Notes: generated from the letters alone by a model not told the origin. A stretch of 64,000 nucleotides of DNA from Nannocystis sp. RBIL2 (GCF_026626745.1 NZ_JAPNJW010000001.1:908311-972310); one strand, 5' to 3'. Counted from the stretch's first letter, positions 10,464 through 19,938 are shown. Made by a program: numbers and translations.

Positions 10464-13400
10464 GACTGTGGACCTCCGACCGTCGCCGCGGGCGGCGCCG
10501 CGCTCGTGCACGGCAGCTCGACGATGAACGTCGTCCCCTCGCCCGGCGTGCTCGTGGCGCGGATCGTACCACAGTGGCCCTCGACGATCCTGCGGGCGAT
10601 GTAGAGGCCCAACCCCAGCCCGCCGTAGTTCTCCGCCGACACGCCGCGCTCGAAGCGTTCGAAGATCCGCGGCAAGCGGTCCGGGTCGATGCCGATCCCG
10701 TGGTCGCGGATCGTCAACCGGGCCACGTCGCCGGTGCGCTCCACCGCGATCTCGATCGGCCCCCCGGCCCCGAACTTGGCCGCGTTCGAGAGGATGTTGG
10801 AGACGACCTGCTCGAGGCGCGAGCGGTCCCAGCGTCCGACCACCGGCGCCGGGGCCTCGATCGTCGCCGAGCTGCCGGCGCGCGCCAGGTCGGGCTGGAA
10901 CCGGGCCACGACCTCGCGCACGAGGCCGCTCAGCTCGACCTCGGCGAGCGACAGCGCGAGCTGCCAGGTCTCGATGCGCGACACGTCGAGGAGGTCGCCG
11001 ATCAGCCGGTTCATCCGCCCCGACTGACGGATCGCCAGGTCGAGCAGCTTGCTCGTGACCTGCGGATCGAGCGGCTTGCCGGTCGGGGTCGGCTTGACGA
11101 TCGTCTGCAGCGCGAGGGTCAGCGACGTCATCGGCGTGCGCAGCTCGTGCGACGCGACCGACAGGAATTCGTCGCGCAGCCGCAGCGCCGCCTGGGCCTG
11201 GCGGTAGAGCCTGGCGTTGTCGATCGCCATGGCCGCGCGGCGGGCGAGCTCCACCAGCAGCTCGAGGTCGGCGGCCGCGTAGCGGAAGCCCGGCCGCGCC
11301 GCGCCGAGCGTGATGGCGCCGATGATCCGCGAGGCGGCCGGGAGCGGCGCCACGATCGTGGTCACGACCCCGAGCTTGCGCAGCAGCCCGACGTGGTCCT
11401 CGTCGACGAAGTAGCGCGAGAAGTTCTCGTCGGTCATCTCGATGAGGAGCGGCGTGTTGGTGCGGATCGCCGTCGACGACGGGTGCGGTGAATCGAGGCG
11501 CGGCGGATAGCGAGCGCGCATCTCCTCGAGCACCGCGGCCTGCATCGGGTTGCTCGGCGCCGACGTGCGGCGGCGGATCTCCTGGCCCTCGACGACATCG
11601 ATCGCGCACCAGTCGGCGAACGAGCCCACGCACAGGTCGGCCAGGCGATGCAGCACCTCTTCGTAGTCGAGCGACTCGCCGAGCAGCTTGCTCGCGTCGC
11701 CGAGGAACGCCGCGCGCCGGTGGTCCGCCTCGGCCGCCTGCCGCGCCGCCTGCTCCTGCGTCAGCAGCGTCGCGTTCTCGAGCGAGATGGCGGCCTGCGC
11801 GGCCAGCAGCTCGAGCACCGTCAGGTGCTCGCTGCGGAACGCGCTCGGGACCAGGCTGTTCTCGAGGTAGAGGACGTCCTGCACCATACCGCGGCGGCGG
11901 ATCGGGAAGCACAGGAGCGAGCGCGGCTGGACCTGCGCGACGTACTCGTCGAGGCCGAACCGACCCGGGTCGGCGCGCGCGTCGTCGAGGAGCACGCGCT
12001 CCCCGGTGCGATGGACGTATTGCACGATCGACGCCGGCACCAGCCTGGCGAGCTCCTCGGGCCCGCGGCGGCGCAGATCGGCGCGCATCCCCGCCTCGTC
12101 GAGCGTGGCGCTGGCCTCGAGCGTCAGCTCGCCGTGCCGGACCCCGATGAGGTGCGCGGTGTGGGCCCCGCTCTGTTCGAGCACCACGCTGAGCAAGCGG
12201 CGCAGCAGCTTCTCCTGCACGATCTCGCTCGAGATCGACTGCGACGCCTTGGTCACCGCCAGCAGATCGATGTGCTCCGCAGTGACCGTGTCGCTGGCCA
12301 CGCAACCGCCCGGCGGCGCCTCGGACAGGCCCTCCTCCTGCTCGTCGAGCTGGCGGACCTTGCCGTGCGCGCCCCACCTCAAGTAGCTGGCGCGCGCCGC
12401 GTGCAGGTGCGTCTCCGCCAGCATCTCGAGCCCGCGGTCGCGGTAGAAGCGGGCCAGCAGCTCGTCGGCGATCGCCTGGTTTTGCACGAAGCCGTGCTCG
12501 CGCGCCCCCTTGAGCGCGCGGTCGTAGCATTGCAGGGCGTCGCGCTCGCGGCCCTCGAGCCGGGCGATCTCGGCCGAGACCAGCGCGTGCTTGTGGCCGA
12601 AATTCTGCGGGCAGGAGGCCGCCCACTCCGCCAGCTTCGCCTCGTGTCGCGCCAGCACCGCGAGCGCCTCGCGCTGCCGCACCGGCGCGGCGGGTGACAC
12701 GTGGGCCGCCAGCGCCAGCGCGTAATAATACCAGTACTCGGGCTCCTGGATATGCGCCAGCGAGCACCACAGCAACGGCGCCGCAGCGTCCCCGGCCGCC
12801 AGCGCCGCCGCGTAATCGCCGCTGAGGAACAGCCCCTGCAGCTTCATGATGAAGTACCAGCACTTCACCACCGTCCACGGCGACGCGGTCATCTCCGCCT
12901 GGTACGCCTCGTCGTCGAACACCTCGTCGCTGAAGCTCGCGCGGCTGCGGGTCCGTCCCTGGAGGTTGCGGACCAGCCGCTGGATCCCGACCAGCACCTG
13001 CGACGAGCCGCCGAAGTTCGCGTTGCGCGTGAAGTCCAGCCGGCGCTCGAGCTCCCGGTCGACCTGGTCGAGCGGCTCGCCGAGCACCAGCAAATCAGCC
13101 ACGTAATGATTGCAGCAGTAGCAGGCGAACGTGATGTCGCCGGTCTGGAGCGCCGTCTGGAACGCGATCTCGAGGTAGCGCAGCGCGCCGCGCAGGTGCT
13201 GCGTCCAGAAGCAGATGCAATCGCCGAAGATGCAGTGGAGCTTGGCGCGGTACGCCACCAGCCCGAGCCGCTCCGCCAGGTCGTACCCCAGCTTGCCGAA
13301 CTGGTACCCCTCGCGATAGCGGCCGAACGACGGGCCCAGCACCATCCCGAAGTACGCGTAGCCGAGCGCCGAGGCCTCGCCGTTGCCGTGGCGCAGGCTG

Positions 13401-16165
13401 ATCTCGACCATGCGGCAATAGCAGAGGAACGGCAGCTCGGGGTCGGTGTTGAGCGCCGGCGCGAACAGCACCGCGAGGATCCCGAGCGCCGCGCGCATGT
13501 CGGGGTCGACGAGCGGCGGCAGATCGACGAGGTCTTCGATCCGCCGCTCGCCGAGCGCGTCCTGGATCGTCTGCAGCTCGCGCTGCACCTGCGCGCGCGT
13601 CGGGTGGACCGGCACCTCGACCCCGAGCCACCGCAGGCCCTCGATCCCGCGCTCGACCGCGGTGCGGAGATCCTGCCGGCTGGTGAACAGGTCGACCTCG
13701 ACCCGCCGGATCTCCGCGCGCTCGCGGCGGGTTTGCGCGTGCTCGAAGAGCGCCGCGAATTGCGACTCCGCCGCGTCGAATCGACCCTGCAAATATTCAC
13801 ACTCGGCCCGCCCGAACCCCAGGGAAAAGGCCAGCGAGTGCTGCTCGTCCCACGCCTCGGCCCCGAGCAATCCGTTCCCGGCCGAGTAGTAGCGGACCGC
13901 CGCGTCGTAGGCGGTCGCGGCCTGGGCCTTGCGTCCGGCCGCCAGGTGGAGCGCTGCGACCCGCACCTTCTCCTCGCTCGGCTCGAGCAGGTGCGCCCCC
14001 GCTTCGAAGTGACCGGCGACCTCGAACAGCTGCGCCTCGAGCTCCTCGCGCGCCAGGCGAGCCAGCAGCGCCCGCCCGATCCGCAGGTGGACGGCGGCCC
14101 GCTCCGCCGCGGGGATCAGGCTGAACGCCGCCTCCTGCACGCGGTCGTGGACGAACTTGTAGGTGTCGCCGTCGCGCAGCACCAGCCCCGCCTGGACCGC
14201 CGCCGACAGGTCGCGCCGCACCTCCTCCTCCGACCGCTCGGCCAGCGCCGCGAGCAGGCCGAGCTCGGTGACGCCGCCGAGGCAGGCGGCCAGCTCGAGG
14301 GCCTCGCGCGCCGCCGGCGACAGGCGCTGCAGCGTCTTCACCACCAGCTCGGCGACGTTGCTCGTCGACGTCTTGGCCTGGATCCGCGGGATGTCCCCCG
14401 CCCACGTCCCGGATGCCAGGTCGAGCGCGATGAGCCCCTCCTGATGCAGCATGTTCAAGAATTGCAGCGCGAAGAACGGGTTGCCGGCGGTCTTGCCGTG
14501 GATCAGGCGAGCGAGCGCCGCCGCGTCGCGGACGCGCCCGCCGAACGTCGCAGTGACGAGCGCGGCGAGGTGCTCCTCGGACAGCGGCCCGAGGAAGATG
14601 TCGCACACCGCCACGTTGGCCGCGCGCGCCCTGGCGAGCGCCGTCATCAACGGATGCGACGCGCTCACCTCGTTGTCCCGGTACGCGCAGATCCACAGGA
14701 AGTAATGGATGTCGGGGTGCGTGACCAGGTGGGTGAGCAGCGCCAGGCTGGCCGAATCGACCCATTGCACGTCGTCGAGGAACAGCGCCACCGGGTGCTC
14801 GCGGGCCGTGAACACCCGGAGGAATTGGCGAAACACCAGGTGGAACCGGCTCTGCGCGTCCGACCCCGACAGCTCGGGCACGGGCGGCTGCTCGCCGATC
14901 ACGAGCGCGAGCTCGGGGATGATGTCGACGATCAGCCGCGCGTTCAGGCCGAGCGCCGCCGTCAAGCGCCCGCGCCACTCGGTGACGCGCTCCTCCGGCT
15001 CGGCGAGGATGTCGCGGACCAGGGCGCGGAAGGCCTGCGAGATCGTCGCGTAGGGGATCCCGCGCTGGTACTGATCGAACTTGCCCGAGAGGAAGAAGCC
15101 ATGGGCCTGGACGATCGGTCGCTGCAGCTTGTGGACCAGCGTCGACTTGCCCACCCCTGAATAGCCGGACACGCGCACGACCCCCGGCCCCCCGGTCTCG
15201 ACCATCGCCTCGAACGCCCCGCGGAGCGCCGCCAGCTCGCGCTCGCGGCCGTACAGCTGCTGCGGCACGCGGGGCCGCTCCGACAGGTCCTCTTCGCCGA
15301 GCGTGAACGGCTCGATGCGCCCGTGCGCGTGCCAGGCCGCCAGGCACCGCTCGAGATCGCGGCGAAGCCCGCGTGCGCTCTGGTAGCGGTCCTCCGCGAC
15401 CTTGGCCAGCAGCTTCACCACGATCGCCGACACCACCTCCGGCACCGACGGGCGCAGCGCCGCCGGCGGCGTGACGCGGCGCGCCACGTGGCAGTGGATC
15501 CATTCCAGCGGATCGCTGGCGCGGAACGGCAGGCGTCCGGTCAGCATGCGGTAGAACGTGACGCCCAGCGAGTAGAGGTCGCTGCGGAAGTCGAGCGGGC
15601 GGTTCATCCGCCCGGTCTGCTCCGGCGACATGTACGGCAGCGATCCAGTCAGGATCCCGGCCGTCGGCGCGAGCCCCGACTCGCGGTGCCGCGGCGACGC
15701 CACGCCGAGGTTGGCCAGCTTGACCTCGCCGCGCACCGGGTCGACCACGATGTTGTCGGGCTTGAGATCCTTGTGGATCACGTCGCGCCGGTGGAGCTCC
15801 TCGACCGCCCCGGCGATGCCGATCGCCAGCGACAGGAAGCGCTCGATCGGCAGCGGCGTCGCAGTGAGCAGCTGCTCGAGGAACGTCCCCTCGAAGTGCT
15901 CGAGCACCAGCGCCGGCATGCCGCGATACGTGTCCAGGGCGATCGGCTTGACCGTCCCCGGGATGTCGAGCGACCGCCCGAGCTCGTACTCCGCCCGCAA
16001 GCGCTCGAGCTCCCGCGCCGGACGCAGCCGTGGGTCGAGCGTCTTGATGACGACCGCGCGGTTGTCCTCCACCCGAACCGCGCGGTAGATGCCCGCGCCT
16101 GCGCTCTGACTGAGCAGTCCGGTGGCGCGGTACTTCGCCGGGTCGGCTGCCCCTGCGTCGCCCAT
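10460..16165 (-). CDS. giant hybrid sensor: Ser/Thr protein kinase - P-loop NTPase - TPR-like - GAF - histidine kinase (about 1900 aa)
   Basis: The N-terminal Hanks kinase has HKDLKPDNIVV and DLYSLGV. A P-loop GYSGVGKST follows, then a long helical repeat region, GAF-like segments, the HisKA H-box SHELRTPMTSL and HATPase G-boxes (GGLGLGLYIARRIVEGHCGTI). The start was chosen at the Met at 16165 preceding the kinase domain, because the upstream part of the ORF is Arg-rich. Confidence 0.8.
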   Translation of the reverse strand: MGDAGAADPAKYRATGLLSQSAGAGIYRAVRVEDNRAVVIKTLDPRLRPARELERLRAEYELGRSLDIPGTVKPIALDTYRGMPALVLEHFEGTFLEQLLTATPLPIERFLSLAIGIAGAVEELHRRDVIHKDLKPDNIVVDPVRGEVKLANLGVASPRHRESGLAPTAGILTGSLPYMSPEQTGRMNRPLDFRSDLYSLGVTFYRMLTGRLPFRASDPLEWIHCHVARRVTPPAALRPSVPEVVSAIVVKLLAKVAEDRYQSARGLRRDLERCLAAWHAHGRIEPFTLGEEDLSERPRVPQQLYGRERELAALRGAFEAMVETGGPGVVRVSGYSGVGKSTLVHKLQRPIVQAHGFFLSGKFDQYQRGIPYATISQAFRALVRDILAEPEERVTEWRGRLTAALGLNARLIVDIIPELALVIGEQPPVPELSGSDAQSRFHLVFRQFLRVFTAREHPVALFLDDVQWVDSASLALLTHLVTHPDIHYFLWICAYRDNEVSASHPLMTALARARAANVAVCDIFLGPLSEEHLAALVTATFGGRVRDAAALARLIHGKTAGNPFFALQFLNMLHQEGLIALDLASGTWAGDIPRIQAKTSTSNVAELVVKTLQRLSPAAREALELAACLGGVTELGLLAALAERSEEEVRRDLSAAVQAGLVLRDGDTYKFVHDRVQEAAFSLIPAAERAAVHLRIGRALLARLAREELEAQLFEVAGHFEAGAHLLEPSEEKVRVAALHLAAGRKAQAATAYDAAVRYYSAGNGLLGAEAWDEQHSLAFSLGFGRAECEYLQGRFDAAESQFAALFEHAQTRRERAEIRRVEVDLFTSRQDLRTAVERGIEGLRWLGVEVPVHPTRAQVQRELQTIQDALGERRIEDLVDLPPLVDPDMRAALGILAVLFAPALNTDPELPFLCYCRMVEISLRHGNGEASALGYAYFGMVLGPSFGRYREGYQFGKLGYDLAERLGLVAYRAKLHCIFGDCICFWTQHLRGALRYLEIAFQTALQTGDITFACYCCNHYVADLLVLGEPLDQVDRELERRLDFTRNANFGGSSQVLVGIQRLVRNLQGRTRSRASFSDEVFDDEAYQAEMTASPWTVVKCWYFIMKLQGLFLSGDYAAALAAGDAAAPLLWCSLAHIQEPEYWYYYALALAAHVSPAAPVRQREALAVLARHEAKLAEWAASCPQNFGHKHALVSAEIARLEGRERDALQCYDRALKGAREHGFVQNQAIADELLARFYRDRGLEMLAETHLHAARASYLRWGAHGKVRQLDEQEEGLSEAPPGGCVASDTVTAEHIDLLAVTKASQSISSEIVQEKLLRRLLSVVLEQSGAHTAHLIGVRHGELTLEASATLDEAGMRADLRRRGPEELARLVPASIVQYVHRTGERVLLDDARADPGRFGLDEYVAQVQPRSLLCFPIRRRGMVQDVLYLENSLVPSAFRSEHLTVLELLAAQAAISLENATLLTQEQAARQAAEADHRRAAFLGDASKLLGESLDYEEVLHRLADLCVGSFADWCAIDVVEGQEIRRRTSAPSNPMQAAVLEEMRARYPPRLDSPHPSSTAIRTNTPLLIEMTDENFSRYFVDEDHVGLLRKLGVVTTIVAPLPAASRIIGAITLGAARPGFRYAAADLELLVELARRAAMAIDNARLYRQAQAALRLRDEFLSVASHELRTPMTSLTLALQTIVKPTPTGKPLDPQVTSKLLDLAIRQSGRMNRLIGDLLDVSRIETWQLALSLAEVELSGLVREVVARFQPDLARAGSSATIEAPAPVVGRWDRSRLEQVVSNILSNAAKFGAGGPIEIAVERTGDVARLTIRDHGIGIDPDRLPRIFERFERGVSAENYGGLGLGLYIARRIVEGHCGTIRATSTPGEGTTFIVELPCTSAAPPAATVGGPQS

Positions 16166-16358
16166 GCAGATACCGTGGCGTGGCCCGCCGGGGAAAACCA
16201 CCAGGTTCGCCCGTGCCCCTCGGCCCCGCTCGGCGACGCGCGCGTCGAAGCGCCCTCTCGTCCGTCCGCGTGCTGCGCCGAACCCCGTTCGCCCTAACTC
16301 TCGCGCGCTCGCGGGCGGCCCGCCCGCGGCCCCCTGCACGCGCGTGCGCTCGTTCACC

Positions 16359-16832
16359 TCACGCGATCGCCCCGCGCAGCCGCAGCCGCAGCCGCACGAA
16401 CCACGCGAACAGCTTGAACGCGAGCGATTCCGGCGGCGGCAGCGGCCGCACCCGCGTGTTGTGAAACGCAGTGATCGTCCAGCCCTCGCCGGCGCGGACC
16501 AGCACGTAGGTCTGCCGGGACAACCGGTCGGCCGGGATCCCGCGCTGCCACGGCCACACTGCCCCGCCGATCGCGTGGGCCACCGCCACGTCGTGGCCGA
16601 TCCGGCGCACGTCGGTGACCTCCCCGCGCAGGCTCGTCCCGCGCAGCACCGTGGCGAACAGCGCCGCGTGGGCCCGCTCGACCTCCGCCCGCCCGCGCGC
16701 CAGGCCGCCGTCGAACGTCACGTAATCGACCTCCGGCGCGAACAGGGCCGCGAACGCCCGCGCGTCGCCGCGGCTCCACGCCTCGAAGGTCGCCAGCACA
16801 TGCCCGCGGATCTCCGCCTCGTCGGTTTGCAT
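16359..16832 (-). CDS. SnoaL-like / NTF2-like (DUF4440-type) small protein
   Basis: 157 aa with the MQTDEAEIRGHVLATFEAWSRGDARAFAALFAPEVDYVTFDG pattern typical of NTF2-like fold proteins. It lies divergent to a LysR gene. Confidence 0.7.
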   Translation of the reverse strand: MQTDEAEIRGHVLATFEAWSRGDARAFAALFAPEVDYVTFDGGLARGRAEVERAHAALFATVLRGTSLRGEVTDVRRIGHDVAVAHAIGGAVWPWQRGIPADRLSRQTYVLVRAGEGWTITAFHNTRVRPLPPPESLAFKLFAWFVRLRLRLRGAIA

Positions 16833-16865
16833 ACGACCGGAGTAGCCCTGGTCAGCGATGACGAC

Positions 16866-16898
16866 CAGTGATAACTCCTCATCTTATATATCACTGGC
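16866..16898. promoter_or_regulatory. AT-rich inverted repeat CCAGTGATA-N15-TATCACTGG in the divergent LysR/NTF2 promoter (candidate LysR operator)
   Basis: A perfect 9-bp inverted repeat flanks an AT-rich core (tcttatatatc) in a genome that is otherwise about 72% GC. It sits in the 76-bp spacer between the divergent LysR regulator and its probable target. Confidence 0.4.
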
Positions 16899-16908
16899 GG
16901 TGATACTC

Positions 16909-17841
16909 GTGGACCTCGCAGCGATCGACCTCAACCTGTTCCTCGTCCTCGACGCAGTGCTCACCGAGGGCAGCGCCACCGCGGCGGCGCGGCGCCTGCA
17001 CGTCACCCAGTCCGCGGTCTCGAACGCCCTGGCGCGGCTGCGCGAGGTCGTCGGCGACCCGCTCGTGGTCCGGCGCGGTCGCGGCCTGGCGCCGACCCCG
17101 GTGGCAGTCCAGCTGCAGCCGCGGATCGCCGCCGGCCTGCACGAGCTGCGGGCTGCCCTCGCCGCCGGCCGCGAGTTCGACCCTGCCACCACCACGCGCC
17201 GCTTCTCCATCGCCCTCACCGACAACCAGGAGGTCTCCGACCTGCCGCGGATCGTCGCCCGCTTCGAGCGCCAGCTCCCGCGCGCCTCCTTGCAGGTCGT
17301 CACGGTCGAGCGGCTGATCGCCAGCGACGGCCTCGCCGCCGGCCTCGTCGACCTCGCCCTCGCCCCCGCCGCGGTCACTGCACCCGGCCTGCGCCAGACC
17401 CCGCTCTACAGCGAACAGGGCGTCCTCGTCGTCCGCCGCGACAACCGCAAGGTCGGCCGTCGCCTCGACCGCGCCGCCTTCGAGGCCACTCCCTACGTCG
17501 ACGTGCAGATCCTCGGCGAGGGCGGCCACGGCCACCGCGTCGCCCGCGACAACCTCGCCCGCGCCGGCCTGCGCCGCCGCGTCGTCCTCACCGTCCCGCA
17601 CTTCATGGCCGCCGCAGTCGCCGTCTCGCGCACCGACTGGATGACCGGCCTCCCGCGCCGCTTCGCCGCCGAGGTCAGCCGCCGCCTCCCCCTGCGCACC
17701 GTCGCCGCCCCGCTCGAGATCGTCGACTTCCCGCTCGCCCTGCACTGGCACGCGCGCACCGACGCCGACCCCGGCGCGCAGTTCTTTCGCGCCCTCGTCG
17801 TCGCCGCCCTCCGGCCCCCGGCCTCGCGCGCGCGCTCCTGA
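16909..17841 (+). CDS. LysR-family transcriptional regulator
   Basis: The N-terminal HTH (IDLNLFLVLDAVLTEGSATAAARRLHVTQSAVSNALARLRE) is followed by a LysR substrate-binding fold. GTG at 16909 is preferred over ATG at 16858, because the upstream 50 bp are AT-rich and contain the palindrome. Confidence 0.8.
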   Translation: MDLAAIDLNLFLVLDAVLTEGSATAAARRLHVTQSAVSNALARLREVVGDPLVVRRGRGLAPTPVAVQLQPRIAAGLHELRAALAAGREFDPATTTRRFSIALTDNQEVSDLPRIVARFERQLPRASLQVVTVERLIASDGLAAGLVDLALAPAAVTAPGLRQTPLYSEQGVLVVRRDNRKVGRRLDRAAFEATPYVDVQILGEGGHGHRVARDNLARAGLRRRVVLTVPHFMAAAVAVSRTDWMTGLPRRFAAEVSRRLPLRTVAAPLEIVDFPLALHWHARTDADPGAQFFRALVVAALRPPASRARS

Positions 17842-17881
17842 TCCGACCTGCCCCCGGGGCCATGTCTATCGAGGCGCCGCG

Positions 17882-18532
17882 TCAATCGGCCTCGAAGATC
17901 ACCCGCTCGAAGTCACCCGACCCGTTGAGGTTCTCGGTCGTGCCGCAGCGATAGCCAGTGCCGATCTCGTTGCCGAGGGTGTGCCAGCACAGGCGCATAT
18001 TGGAGTTGGCCTCCGGACCGCCGAATTGAGTGTCGCACTCCGTACGATTCACCGCATCGCCCGCCTGCGCGAAGCCCCACGACCAATTGTCGCTGAAGTA
18101 CCAGGCGACCCCGTTGGCCTCGTGCTTGCCGGTGAGCTGGGTGCCGACGTCGAACAGAACGTCCGCGCGCTCCCCCATCGCCAGCAGCTGGAAATTGGGC
18201 GCGCCGACCTGGCGACAGGCCATGAGGAGCTTCGACCCGGTGCAATCCTGGCCGAGGATCGTCCCGGTGAGGTCGGGCTCGGACTCGCCGTAGATATTCG
18301 AGAAGCACTCGGTCCAGCCGACCAGGTCGCCCGCGGGCACGTCCGCCTGCGGTCCCTCCGCCCAGTACATCGGCTCCGGGCCGCCACCGTCGTCATCGTC
18401 ATCGTCATCGTCGTGGTCGTCGTTATCGTCGTGGTCGTCCTGGTCGTCGTGATCGTCGTGATCGACCTCGCAATTTTGAAGATAGGGGATTGTGCACAAT
18501 AGGCCGCTCAACGCGATCGTGGTGAAGTTCAT
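17882..18532 (-). CDS. hypothetical secreted protein with acidic (DHDD)n His/Asp repeat
   Basis: Met at 18532 with a GGAGAA RBS 5 nt upstream. The signal peptide is MNFTTIALSGLLCTIPYLQNC, followed by DHDDHDDQDDHDDNDDHDDDDDDDDGGG and a Cys-containing globular domain. Confidence 0.55.
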   Translation of the reverse strand: MNFTTIALSGLLCTIPYLQNCEVDHDDHDDQDDHDDNDDHDDDDDDDDGGGPEPMYWAEGPQADVPAGDLVGWTECFSNIYGESEPDLTGTILGQDCTGSKLLMACRQVGAPNFQLLAMGERADVLFDVGTQLTGKHEANGVAWYFSDNWSWGFAQAGDAVNRTECDTQFGGPEANSNMRLCWHTLGNEIGTGYRCGTTENLNGSGDFERVIFEAD

Positions 18533-18705
18533 GGGATTCTCCGGGCGCCTCGAATATGCGACACGTCGCAGGGGCGGCAACGATGAAGGTTGACGCCGCG
18601 CACGTCTCTCCGCCCCTACTCGAGCACGCCCCGAGCCCACGGCGTTCTGCAAGCTTGTCCAACACGCTCGCGCTCGCGCCACGAAGTTCCCCGCGCACCC
18701 GGCCG

Positions 18706-18968
18706 CGCCGAAAGCTCGCGAGAAAGCGTCGATGCGACGGCCAGCCCTGGCCGTCGCATCGACGCCGACGTCCTGCCTTTCGGGCGCGCTCCCGAACGGA
18801 GCCGAGTCCGGCGCGGCGGCTCCTCACGGCTGCAGCCGTGCCCGGGGTCCGGGGAAGGGCCGGCCGCGAATTAGAGACAGGATGGGCGCGAGGAACGAGC
18901 GTCCATCCTGTCGGTCAACTCGCGGCCGGACCTTCCCCGGACCCCCCGCGAGGCGCAGCCGGCAATTA
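18706..18968 (-). ncRNA. candidate structured RNA / 3'-UTR-terminator module, copy 1 of a duplicated roughly 260-bp element
   Basis: It is about 80% identical to 48651-48909 and contains four hairpins. The differences between copies are compensatory, for example a 15-bp stem cgatgcgacggccag/ctggccgtcgcatcg versus ctgttcggcggccag/ctggccgccgaacag. It begins 28 bp after the pfkB-family gene stop on the minus strand. On the minus strand it ends in a GC hairpin followed by CGCUUUCUCGCG. Confidence 0.4.
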
Positions 18969-18996
18969 GCGAAGCCCCCGCGCTACTCCCCGAGCC

Positions 18997-19938
18997 TCAG
19001 GTCAAGCTCGCGCGCGCAAAGTTCGTCAGCGCAGCGAACGTCTCGAAGCGCTTCTGGATCGTCGCCGCATCGAGCCCCTTCAGCCGGTCGTACGAGAACC
19101 CCTCGACGCAGAACGAAGCCATCACCGACCCGTAGATCATCGCGGTGCGCAGCGAGGCCCCGCTGGTCTCCACCCCTGGGCGGGCCAGATAGCCCATGAA
19201 GCCGCCCGCGAAGCTGTCGCCAGCGCCCGTCGGGTCGACCACGTCTTCGAGCGGCAGCGCCGGCGCCGAGAACATCTCACCGTCCGCGTCGAACAGCAGC
19301 GCCCCGTACTCACCGCGCTTGATCACCACGTTGCGGGGACCGAGGGCCCGGATCGCGCGGGCTGCCTTCACGATGTTGTGCTCGCCGCTGAGCTGGCGGG
19401 CCTCCTCGTCGTTGAGGGTCAGCACGTCCACGTTCTTGAGCACCGCCTTGAGGTCGTCGTTGGCGATCGAGATCCACAGGTTCATCGTGTCGAGGCCGAC
19501 CAGGCGGGGCCGATGCATCTGCGCGAACACGTCGCTCTGCAGGCGCGGCTGGATGTTGGCCAGGAACAGGAACTCGCTGCCGCGGAACTCGTCCGGCAGG
19601 CGCGGCTGGAACTTCTCGAACACGTTGAGGTGCGTCTCGAGCGTCGTCCGGTCGTTCATGTTCTCGTGGTACTGGCCCTTCCAGCGGAAGGTCAGCCCGT
19701 CCTGCACGATCTCGAGGCCAGAGGTGTCGACGCCTGCGGCCTTCAGGTCGGCCACCGCGTAGTCGGGGAAGTCGCGCCCGACCACGCCGACCAGCCGCAC
19801 CTGGGACAGGTACGACGCCGCCATCGCGAAGAAGGTCGCCGACCCGCCGACGCTCTCGGGCCGCTCGGCGCGGGGCGTGATGATCCAGTCGATGGCGACG
19901 CTGCCGACGACGACGAGGTGGGGCTTACTGACGGTCAT
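18997..19938 (-). CDS. PfkB-family carbohydrate/nucleoside kinase
   Basis: It has a ribokinase-like fold with the signature DPTGAGDSFAGGFMGYLA near the C-terminus and an N-terminal GS/VAxD motif. It is probably co-transcribed downstream of mtnP. Confidence 0.8.
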   Translation of the reverse strand: MTVSKPHLVVVGSVAIDWIITPRAERPESVGGSATFFAMAASYLSQVRLVGVVGRDFPDYAVADLKAAGVDTSGLEIVQDGLTFRWKGQYHENMNDRTTLETHLNVFEKFQPRLPDEFRGSEFLFLANIQPRLQSDVFAQMHRPRLVGLDTMNLWISIANDDLKAVLKNVDVLTLNDEEARQLSGEHNIVKAARAIRALGPRNVVIKRGEYGALLFDADGEMFSAPALPLEDVVDPTGAGDSFAGGFMGYLARPGVETSGASLRTAMIYGSVMASFCVEGFSYDRLKGLDAATIQKRFETFAALTNFARASLT

